From a virus, in the IMG/VR virus record IMGVR_UViG_3300010373_000008, positions 1 to 63,081 of that record: a DNA stretch of 63,081 bases, one strand, 5' to 3'. Below, in pieces: positions 9,349 to 15,825 of this stretch. The notes below the pieces were generated by a model. It saw only the letters and a list, made by a program, of their open reading frames with translations. It did no database searches and was not told where the DNA came from. Numbering within the stretch: the first letter of the stretch is position 1; each line of letters starts with the position of its first letter. Made by a program: the position numbers and the translations under genes.

Positions 9349-9664
9349 CTCTGCTCCATGTTACTTTCTTTACGTTGTATGCTTTAATGACTTTTTCACA
9401 AATATCGCAAGGTTTTGCTAGTCCATGTTTACCATTAGCTCTGATTCTGATTACATGTAGGCTGTGTACTTTACCTCTCTTAGAGCCTTTAATCAACGCG
9501 GATAGTTCCGCATGGATAAAAGGACGGTTTGGATCGGAGGATCTAGCAGCATACATCTTCTGTAGAGGGTGAGTCTTGCTGTAGCTATTATAGCCTGTAG
9601 CTAAGATTCTACCTCTCTTGTCGAATGCTACCGCTATGATATTCTGACGAATGTTAGACATCAT
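9338..9664 (-). CDS. Cytidine/deoxycytidylate-deaminase-fold zinc deaminase
   Basis: HAELSAL and PCDICEKV (the H-A-E ... P-C-x-x-C zinc motif). Confidence 0.6.
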   Translation of the reverse strand: MMSNIRQNIIAVAFDKRGRILATGYNSYSKTHPLQKMYAARSSDPNRPFIHAELSALIKGSKRGKVHSLHVIRIRANGKHGLAKPCDICEKVIKAYNVKKVTWSRDVN

Positions 9665-9977
9665 CCACTGCTACGTAACGTACAGAACGTCCTGGCACAT
9701 TCGCCAGAATTTTATACTTATCGGCCTCGATCTTGGACGTAAAAGCAAGCGGCGGCATTCGATATTGATGTGTAACTACCCAGACCTCCCGTGGTTCAGG
9801 TTTGATGCGATAGTTGGTAGTAGGTTCTGCAAAATCGTGGCGAGTTCGACGCCCTGGATCGTACCATGTCCCGCTAACAGGATCGAACATTTCGATATCC
9901 TTACCATCAACAAAAGCTCTGATAACGGAAAGATTATCTAGAGCTTTCTTCCAATATTCTCTATTGCCATGTGACAT
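9654..9977 (-). CDS. Hypothetical protein, member of a 3-copy paralog family
   Basis: Carries AFVDGKDIE and NYRIKPEPR. Confidence 0.55.
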   Translation of the reverse strand: MSHGNREYWKKALDNLSVIRAFVDGKDIEMFDPVSGTWYDPGRRTRHDFAEPTTNYRIKPEPREVWVVTHQYRMPPLAFTSKIEADKYKILANVPGRSVRYVAVDDV

Positions 9978-10007
9978 TATATTCTCCTGTCTGGAAATTA
10001 GTAGGCG

Positions 10008-10658
10008 TCACGCGAAATGATCGTCATCTACGCTATCACGCTGCGCCCTAGCTGGATCGTTACGTAGCGTAGCTCTATCAAACATAGTCCAGTTGTAGTC
10101 GAGGATGTAATTATGCGAGTTGCCCTCCAGATTGTACTTATTAGGAGACACACTGATCTTTATGAAGGTACGCATCACCTGCGCAGTAGCTTCTCCTACA
10201 GCATGAACTACAGAGCTATCAAGCTTCAGTAGATGACGATCGGGGAAGGTCACTATATTACTAGGATCCGCCTGTTCTTCAAACTGTACGAGGGAACTTA
10301 CATGATCCTCCTCTACTACGAACAATCCTTTGTTGAATAGGGTAGGGATGCAATCGTACCACACATAGTTGATATCTGAGGATAAGAATCCATCAGCGTG
10401 CCATCCCGGGCGATTTGGAGTTACACCCCCTCCCACGAACATGCGCTTGGCTGTAACATACACGTAGTTGTCTACAAAGGCGCCTGGGTCATTCTCTCTA
10501 ACCTTCTCTAGCAGGGGGTGTAGAAAGCTAAGCCTCATATCTGTAACCCAGTTATCATCTCCCTTCATACTGACTGGTAGGTATAGATAGTACAAGACTT
10601 CTGAGGGCTTTAGTACAATCTCCCCCAAATCTTCAGGAAGCTTCTGCATAGATATCAT
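10008..10658 (-). CDS. Putative Fe(II)/2-oxoglutarate dioxygenase-like protein
   Basis: PGWHADG (HxD), VVHAVGE (distal His) and an R-x-x-x-x-x-S about 10 aa later. Motif spacing only. Confidence 0.4.
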   Translation of the reverse strand: MISMQKLPEDLGEIVLKPSEVLYYLYLPVSMKGDDNWVTDMRLSFLHPLLEKVRENDPGAFVDNYVYVTAKRMFVGGGVTPNRPGWHADGFLSSDINYVWYDCIPTLFNKGLFVVEEDHVSSLVQFEEQADPSNIVTFPDRHLLKLDSSVVHAVGEATAQVMRTFIKISVSPNKYNLEGNSHNYILDYNWTMFDRATLRNDPARAQRDSVDDDHFA

Positions 10659-10692
10659 AATTTATATCCCATCTCTTCAGCTTTCGACCAAG

Positions 10693-10720
10693 TGGCACCC
10701 CTAGACGGACTCGAACCGCC
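10693..10720 (-). tRNA. tRNA 3' fragment (T-arm, 3' acceptor strand and CCA); no intact upstream body
   Basis: The minus strand reads GGCGG-TTCGAGT-CCGTC-TAGGGGT-G-CCA. I could not fold the preceding 50 nt into D and anticodon arms. Confidence 0.5.
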
Positions 10721-10770
10721 AACCAATGGAGTAGAGGGAACTTTTCTATCCAATATACGGTCTAACTAAA

Positions 10771-10847
10771 TGGAACCCCCGCCGAGAATCGAACTCGGAG
10801 TCTCAAGCTTAGAAGGCAAGCGTTTTATCCAATTAAACTACGAGGGC
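10771..10847 (-). tRNA. tRNA-Arg (anticodon UCU), CCA encoded
   Basis: 77-nt cloverleaf: GCCCTCG/CGGGGGT acceptor stem, GTTT/AAAC D stem, anticodon loop CTTCTAA, CCGAG-TTCGATT-CTCGG T arm. The anticodon stem has two U-U mismatches. Confidence 0.65.
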
Positions 10848-10851
10848 ATTT

Positions 10852-11196
10852 ATGAAAACATGTTCAACATGTCGCATAGAAAAGCAAGATACAGAATTTT
10901 ACAACAAAGGCAAAGAAAATAGAACAAACAGTTCGTGCAAGTCGTGTTTTAATGCCTACTGCATAGAACGATGGAAACAACGGAAAATTAAAGTTATTAA
11001 GCAGTTTGGGAACAAATGTGCAGATTGCTCTGTTTCCCACCATCCTAACGTCTACGAATTTCATCACTTAAATCCAGAAACAAAAGACTTTTCATGGGAT
11101 AAAATCCGTCTATTCTCAGAAGAACGCATGCAAAAAGAACTAGCAAAGTGTATTCTGTTATGTGCAAATTGTCATCGTTTACGTCATGTTAAATAG
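10852..11196 (+). CDS. HNH homing-type endonuclease (opposite strand to its neighbours)
   Basis: Cys-rich CxxC pairs, and YEFHHLNP...LLCANCHRLRH (the H-N-H motif). Confidence 0.75.
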   Translation: MKTCSTCRIEKQDTEFYNKGKENRTNSSCKSCFNAYCIERWKQRKIKVIKQFGNKCADCSVSHHPNVYEFHHLNPETKDFSWDKIRLFSEERMQKELAKCILLCANCHRLRHVK

Positions 11197-11221
11197 CTCT
11201 ATCCAATTGAGCTATAGGGGC
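11196..11221 (-). tRNA. tRNA 5' fragment (5' acceptor strand and D arm) abutting the HNH stop codon
   Basis: The minus strand reads GCCCCTA-TA-GCTC-AATTGGATA-GAGC. GCCCCTA pairs 7/7 (one G-U) with TAGGGGT at 10697..10703. Confidence 0.5.
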
Positions 11222-11240
11222 GTATGTAACTAACTTGATA

Positions 11241-11258
11241 CCCTCTCTTTCGAGAGGG
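11241..11258 (-). terminator. Hairpin downstream of gene 11275..11586 (terminator or processing site)
   Basis: CCCTCTC-tttc-GAGAGGG, a 7-bp stem. The T-run after it is weak. Confidence 0.35.
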
Positions 11259-11274
11259 CATAGGGCTAATTACT

Positions 11275-11586
11275 TCAACATTCAAAAAGTAACTCAGCAG
11301 GGCCGCAGTTTTCATACCTACAGTTAGGATTCAAGCAATAATTTAGTGTCTCACCTGTATCTATGCCTGACTCCTTATCTACCATCCGTTCTTCCACCCT
11401 AGAATGATGTGCACTGGAAGTGACAGTCCCCGGCATTAACGACTTCAAGACCATAGATGTTGTTCTAATAGAATCTAGAGATTCGCCGTCCCTAAGTAAG
11501 AGCAGCGCTTCTCTCCATTTGCCCCATCCATGCAATAAATCTCCCGTAGATCCTTTAGGAAGATAGTGTACTTTATATATCTTCAT
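11275..11586 (-). CDS. Hypothetical protein
   Basis: 103-aa ORF. Confidence 0.5.
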   Translation of the reverse strand: MKIYKVHYLPKGSTGDLLHGWGKWREALLLLRDGESLDSIRTTSMVLKSLMPGTVTSSAHHSRVEERMVDKESGIDTGETLNYCLNPNCRYENCGPAELLFEC

Positions 11587-11597
11587 AACAACCTCAA

Positions 11598-12026
11598 TCA
11601 GCTTAGATCAATGCCAGCGGCTTTTAATTGTTCTACGAATTCAGGCAACAGCCGACTAATCTCAAATTTGTAACTCTCTACGAAGCCTTCGACGCCCATG
11701 AGAAGTCGCGCGACTGCCTGCGCACTGGAGTCGTGTGCATTTTGCAATATACAGATTAACCTAGAATGCTTTTCGGGAGCTAATCCGGCAACCACCAGAC
11801 CTCTCCACGCGGTGCTGACCGTAATTCCTTCTCCCACTTCGTCGTAGGGCATTTCTCTATGCTCAATCTTGATAAATGGAGCGGCCCCACATCCTATGCC
11901 TGAATACTTACAAAGGCCAGTATCTTCATCGATAGATGGCCGCCCGTTAGCAAGTACATGCTTGACGGACGTAAACACCACTTCAAACTCAGACATCTGT
12001 TCCAGATTATCGATCGTAATCATCAC
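11598..12026 (-). CDS. Hypothetical protein, weakly similar to 13875..14252
   Basis: 142 aa. GLCKYSGIGCGAAPF resembles GHCKYRGLNGLKCAAGCV. Confidence 0.55.
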   Translation of the reverse strand: MMITIDNLEQMSEFEVVFTSVKHVLANGRPSIDEDTGLCKYSGIGCGAAPFIKIEHREMPYDEVGEGITVSTAWRGLVVAGLAPEKHSRLICILQNAHDSSAQAVARLLMGVEGFVESYKFEISRLLPEFVEQLKAAGIDLS

Positions 12027-12034
12027 TTAACTCC

Positions 12035-12238
12035 TTATGTAAGGAACCAAAATAGATAAGCACAAGACGCTGCAAACAAAACAGGATCTATAACCGAAAT
12101 GGATTTGTGGGACTTATAATATCCTACGCACATGAAGAACAATATGAAGGATACTACAAAAGAACATGCTACTGCAATCAACGTGAGCATCATTAGTAAT
12201 CCTCCCACGGTAGAAATGTACCTTCTACGTCGTCCCAA
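12035..12238 (-). CDS. Small membrane protein
   Basis: 67 aa with two hydrophobic segments. Confidence 0.45.
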   Translation of the reverse strand: MGRRRRYISTVGGLLMMLTLIAVACSFVVSFILFFMCVGYYKSHKSISVIDPVLFAASCAYLFWFLT

Positions 12239-12717
12239 TCTATATATGGATCGAAATACTCGTCGTCGGAGCAGTCGATCTGGTCATAGTAGAAGTCATC
12301 ATAGTACCTATCATCATCTAGGAGATAAGCAGAATAAGCGTCATCCTCTTCTGTCCAACTAGGACAATTCAATTCTTCCAACAAAGTGATTCTGACGCGT
12401 CTTTCTTGAAGGGTCACAGCAAGAACACTATTGCCGCCGCGCCATTTAGCATGTCGCGTTTTGGAACAGCATTGCCTACTGCACATTGCCCTGTTGTTCA
12501 TCCTCTTTTTAGTAGCTTTATAATCACTCCGTTCAAAAATGCCGTTGTGACGCCACCAATAGAATTCCCCGCCCTGAGGCCGGTGTTTCAGCGTCTTGAT
12601 GAAAACCCTATCAGTATGATGACGTCGAATAGCCCTAATCTTAGTAGGAACAGGGATAAGATCCGGCTCAGCGTCCAGCTCGTCCATGTACCGCTCGAAT
12701 GCATCATCTAAGTTCAT
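12193..12717 (-). CDS. Hypothetical protein with a basic core and an extremely acidic Asp/Tyr-rich C-terminus
   Basis: The C-terminus reads LLDDDRYYDDFYYDQIDCSDDEYFDPYIDWDDVEGTFLPWEDY. Confidence 0.55.
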   Translation of the reverse strand: MNLDDAFERYMDELDAEPDLIPVPTKIRAIRRHHTDRVFIKTLKHRPQGGEFYWWRHNGIFERSDYKATKKRMNNRAMCSRQCCSKTRHAKWRGGNSVLAVTLQERRVRITLLEELNCPSWTEEDDAYSAYLLDDDRYYDDFYYDQIDCSDDEYFDPYIDWDDVEGTFLPWEDY

Positions 12718-13028
12718 CAGGCATACTCCTTAGGATTCCACAGGCAATCTTCCCACGCTACTACCTTATGACCTTCAGGTACGATCGGCTCCAAAGCAGA
12801 CGCTCGACAGAAATATTCCCCCTTAGAAAGTTCTGCACCCTGTAATGAAGCATCTGAGATAAAAGTACAATCGTTGTCATCGCCCAAAATCGATTTATGT
12901 CCGGGGATAGGTAGGCAAGGAGTGCCCTTCGGATAGTTACCATATCCTCCGAAGAATCCCTCCGCGTTTAAGTTAGACTTGTATCTAGCGCGCGCCAGCC
13001 TAACCCTTTGACCTTTGTAGAATTTCAT
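12717..13028 (-). CDS. Hypothetical protein; first gene after the island terminator
   Basis: 103-aa ORF. Repeat R1 lies 12 nt upstream of its ATG. Confidence 0.55.
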   Translation of the reverse strand: MKFYKGQRVRLARARYKSNLNAEGFFGGYGNYPKGTPCLPIPGHKSILGDDNDCTFISDASLQGAELSKGEYFCRASALEPIVPEGHKVVAWEDCLWNPKEYA

Positions 13029-13039
13029 TGGATTATCCC

Positions 13040-13066
13040 ATATCGGGGATGAGAACGATTCTCATT
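13040..13066 (-). promoter_or_regulatory. Repeat R1, copy a: 27-nt element with a 7-bp stem / 3-nt loop hairpin
   Basis: atatcggggATGAGAAcgaTTCTCATt, identical to 15744..15770. It sits just upstream of the leftward gene start at 13028. Confidence 0.45.
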
Positions 13067-13067
13067 A

Positions 13068-13114
13068 GTATCGGCCTACGGCCTGCAATGATGCAGGATC
13101 GGAGATCCGATAAG
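13068..13114 (+). repeat. Repeat R2, copy a: 47-nt multi-hairpin element, perfect inverted partner of 15278..15324
   Basis: Reverse complement checked base by base, 47/47. It contains the hairpins GGCCtacGGCC, CCTGCAatgaTGCAGG and ATCGGAgaTCCGAT. Confidence 0.9.
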
Positions 13115-13119
13115 ACGGC

Positions 13120-13146
13120 AAAAAGCCTCCCCCGTTAAGGGGAGGC
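13120..13146 (-). terminator. Intrinsic terminator ending the GC-rich leftward cassette
   Basis: GCCTCCCC / GGGGAGGC 8-bp stem, followed on the minus strand by TTTTT. Confidence 0.65.
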
Positions 13147-13169
13147 GATATATTAGCCTTAGGCTTGTA

Positions 13170-13298
13170 TTAGCGCTTGATGCTACGGCGCGCTTTGTAG
13201 TGGACCTGAGTGTCGCCTATCCATTCAAACCCGGAGCAACGGAGTTTCAGGCCGGGAAGGATGGCAACCATAGCGGGCTTTACGTAATTGATTCGCAT
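13170..13298 (-). CDS. Small protein (42 aa), translationally coupled
   Basis: Own translation: MRINYVKPAMVAILPGLKLRCSGFEWIGDTQVHYKARRSIKR. Its ATG shares a base with the upstream TGA. Confidence 0.4.
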   Translation of the reverse strand: MRINYVKPAMVAILPGLKLRCSGFEWIGDTQVHYKARRSIKR

Positions 13299-13567
13299 CA
13301 CACACGCTCCATTAGGTTAAAGGTTTTACGCTGGTCAGTTCCTTGTTCCTTTTGTCGATCCACGCTCCTGCGTATAAAATTTCTGAAATAGTCGCGATTA
13401 AGAGCCGTGTCGTTGAAAACGTACGCGCGTGAGTATGGCCCTATGCCGTCCACGTAAACGTAATCAAAACCAGACACGTCCGACTTAACAATTTTACCCA
13501 AAAAGCCCTCGCGGACTATAAAATCATCAGGTCCCATACCGCTTATTACGAACACTTTGGTTGACAT
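13298..13567 (-). CDS. Hypothetical protein (GC-rich cassette)
   Basis: 89-aa ORF. Confidence 0.55.
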   Translation of the reverse strand: MSTKVFVISGMGPDDFIVREGFLGKIVKSDVSGFDYVYVDGIGPYSRAYVFNDTALNRDYFRNFIRRSVDRQKEQGTDQRKTFNLMERV

Positions 13568-13578
13568 ATGAGTATCCC

Positions 13579-13878
13579 TTAAACCTTACAGACTCGCACC
13601 TTGTGCTGTCCGCCGATTGTTTTACCGTTGAATTGGTAGAATTTAGTGCGCCCAGAAGTCGCTACTTCAAAGGGTGACCGGGATTTCACGGCATTACTCG
13701 GGCTGACTGTTCCCCTGAGGGATCTACCCCCCGGCTTTATCAGGCGCTCTTGATTCCGTGCCAGTTCCAGCGCTCGCGCTGACATGTCGGATGCTCGCGA
13801 GATATCCCCGCGAGTATGCTTGCAGCGCGCTACATTCAAACTATGCTCCAGCATAGCAATGGGATCTGGGATTTTCAC
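13579..13878 (-). CDS. Hypothetical protein (GC-rich cassette)
   Basis: 99-aa ORF. Confidence 0.55.
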   Translation of the reverse strand: MKIPDPIAMLEHSLNVARCKHTRGDISRASDMSARALELARNQERLIKPGGRSLRGTVSPSNAVKSRSPFEVATSGRTKFYQFNGKTIGGQHKVRVCKV

Positions 13879-14252
13879 GAATCTAATATCGCGCTGTCGA
13901 GATTGAAACAGACGGCAACGGCCTGCAACATCTCCCTCCAGTAACTTACTACGTAACCGTCATGCACAAGCTGCAAGCGACCAATTAATTCAATGTGGAC
14001 GAGCGGTCGGCTGCTTGACCGTGTTGCGATAATGGACATCAAATGATCCCAGCTTTTACCCTCAAAAAAAGGATCGTATTCGTCATCTGATATAACGCAT
14101 CCAGCCGCGCATTTCAGTCCATTCAGGCCGCGATACTTACAATGACCATTAAAGTCCGTTGACCTAGCCTTCTGAGTCATAAGGTGCCGGGCTACTTGAT
14201 CGAAAACTTGCTGTGGTGTCGCAAGGTGTAAATTAGCAAGCGTGATATGCAT
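13875..14252 (-). CDS. Hypothetical Cys-rich protein (GC-rich cassette)
   Basis: ORF 13875..14342. The ATG at 14252 is preceded by GGGAG, giving MHITLANL... Confidence 0.55.
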   Translation of the reverse strand: MHITLANLHLATPQQVFDQVARHLMTQKARSTDFNGHCKYRGLNGLKCAAGCVISDDEYDPFFEGKSWDHLMSIIATRSSSRPLVHIELIGRLQLVHDGYVVSYWREMLQAVAVCFNLDSAILDS

Positions 14253-14345
14253 ATAAACTCCCGATTTAATCGGATGGTACCCAATTGATACCGCAGTTCC
14301 CCCTCCCAGAGTAATATCTGGGAGGGGAAAGTACGCTAGCAACTA

Positions 14346-15212
14346 TTAGCCGTTAGCAGCAACACGCTCGACCACTCCATCATCCGCAAGGGATTCTTCC
14401 AGAGCCTTGATGGCCTTGTCGGTTGCATCGGGTTCGTCCGCAATCTCAGTCGGATTAGCAGCCAGAGCCGCTTCGCGGAACTTCTCGCACCACGGATCCA
14501 GAGCCTCAAGAAACGCATTGGTCAGAACAGGGTCCGCATGTTTCCACGAATCCATGATAGCGCTCACCATACCCAGAGCGGATTGCTGTTCGTGGGTACC
14601 GGCCTTATAAGCCGCTGCGAACTGTGTACTGACTTCGCGTGCGGTGTCATTGCGTTCCTTAGCGTCGTTGTGGCTCTTGAGTTCGTCCGGTGACATGGCC
14701 TGAATCTTCGCCGATGCAGTAGCTTCCACGACATTCCGGACGGTCATGTTCGGTGCGAGAACAGCGCCCGCCTCGTACGCTGAAATGACATTAGCCCGAT
14801 ACTGATCGATAGTTGTTTGGGCCTTTTTCACCACGCGGTCGAGTTTGAACTTGTCGCCGTAACGCGTTTTGATGACCGTTGCCGCCTTAGTCGGGATCAA
14901 TTCCCGTCCAGCTTCGTCGGTCGTGATCTGATCGAAAGCACCATAACCCGCCTCGGAGAGTGCCCTTGCGATTACTGCCGAGCCGATAGCAGCCTTGATG
15001 CCCGCAAAGACTTCATTAGCCGCTGCTACAGCATCGTCACCTTCATGCTCGCCAACTGCATCGCACACAAGGCCGATTGTTTCCTTCCATGTATTCGAGC
15101 GTCCGTGCACCGCCGTTGCGGTCAACAGGGCATTGCTCAATAGGCCGTAGGCCACGCGGTTGACACCTTCGATCCCCTTCGGGACAAAACTAACCAATTT
15201 CACGTTGCTCAT
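14346..15212 (-). CDS. Hypothetical Ala/Glu-rich protein (GC-rich cassette)
   Basis: ORF 14346..15248. The ATG at 15212 is preceded by GAGGGG, giving MSNVKLVSF... Confidence 0.6.
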   Translation of the reverse strand: MSNVKLVSFVPKGIEGVNRVAYGLLSNALLTATAVHGRSNTWKETIGLVCDAVGEHEGDDAVAAANEVFAGIKAAIGSAVIARALSEAGYGAFDQITTDEAGRELIPTKAATVIKTRYGDKFKLDRVVKKAQTTIDQYRANVISAYEAGAVLAPNMTVRNVVEATASAKIQAMSPDELKSHNDAKERNDTAREVSTQFAAAYKAGTHEQQSALGMVSAIMDSWKHADPVLTNAFLEALDPWCEKFREAALAANPTEIADEPDATDKAIKALEESLADDGVVERVAANG

Positions 15213-15277
15213 TGTATACCCCTCACAATAATCTAGATGGTAGATCAATCTGACGTTCAGACTCTACCGCTATACTC

Positions 15278-15324
15278 CTTATCGGATCTCCGATCCTGCA
15301 TCATTGCAGGCCGTAGGCCGATAC
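15278..15324 (-). repeat. Repeat R2, copy b (inverted partner of 13068..13114)
   Basis: 47/47 reverse-complement identity. Confidence 0.9.
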
Positions 15325-15342
15325 GAAGCATAACGCTAATGT

Positions 15343-15531
15343 CTAGAGCGGAGTTACAGGTAATACTTCCAAGGGTCCATACCATCCCCCGTCCTCTGGC
15401 AAGCGCATCTGCCTGTACATGTGTATAGCTTCTCGCTGCGCCTTGCTGACGATTCGGGACGTTTCTTCGACGTCGCGCGTTACTATCGCGAATCTGTGTC
15501 CAGTTTCTAGCTGGAAGATAGTAGCTTTCAC
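15343..15531 (-). CDS. Small early protein (62 aa from GTG 15531)
   Basis: Same frame as ORF 15343..15579. GAGGAA lies 6 nt before the GTG, which overlaps the upstream TGA (GTGA). Confidence 0.45.
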   Translation of the reverse strand: MKATIFQLETGHRFAIVTRDVEETSRIVSKAQREAIHMYRQMRLPEDGGWYGPLEVLPVTPL

Positions 15532-15683
15532 CGAAATTTCCTCGCAAGGTAGAATGCCCATTCCACGGCAATGATGCACCTTGACGCTGCGATTTTCCCT
15601 TCTATCGCTTCGCGTGTCCGCATCTTGATTACCGCGTCCGCGAGTCGCCGGACTTGTTTGATCGCTTGTCTACGTGTCATCAT
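15528..15683 (-). CDS. Small early protein (51 aa); first ORF of the leftward arm
   Basis: Own translation: MMTRRQAIKQVRRLADAVIKMRTREAIEGKIAASRCIIAVEWAFYLARKFR. AAGGGA lies 7 nt upstream. Confidence 0.4.
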   Translation of the reverse strand: MMTRRQAIKQVRRLADAVIKMRTREAIEGKIAASRCIIAVEWAFYLARKFR

Positions 15684-15689
15684 ATCAAT

Positions 15690-15716
15690 TTCCCTTATCG
15701 CCGCTACGCGTCTGCA
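15690..15716 (-). repeat. Repeat R3, left arm of a 27-bp inverted repeat (26/27 with 16317..16343)
   Basis: ttcccttatcgccgctacgcgtctgca. A shorter third copy lies at 15774..15795. Confidence 0.85.
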
Positions 15717-15743
15717 AAGTTTGGTCGGGTTCTATATCCCCGT

Positions 15744-15770
15744 ATATCGGGGATGAGAACGATTCTCATT
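15744..15770 (-). promoter_or_regulatory. Repeat R1, copy b (27/27 identical to 13040..13066)
   Basis: Same hairpin, ATGAGAA-cga-TTCTCAT. It lies 60 nt upstream of the leftward ATG at 15683. Confidence 0.45.
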
Positions 15771-15805
15771 CGCATATCACCGCTACGCGGCTGCACAGTA
15801 AAGCG

Positions 15806-15825
15806 TTGCAGGCCGTAGGCCGATA
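15806..15825 (-). repeat. Partial third copy of R2 (20 nt)
   Basis: ttgcaggccgtaggccgata equals 15305..15324. Confidence 0.8.

Noticed and set aside
10693-11221. Group I intron in the anticodon loop joining the two tRNA fragments
   Set aside because: The sequences next to the fragments cannot form the two halves of an anticodon stem. The intervening DNA carries a complete second tRNA and an ORF on the opposite strand. I could not identify conserved intron core elements by eye. The locus is reported as a finding only as a disrupted or split tRNA.
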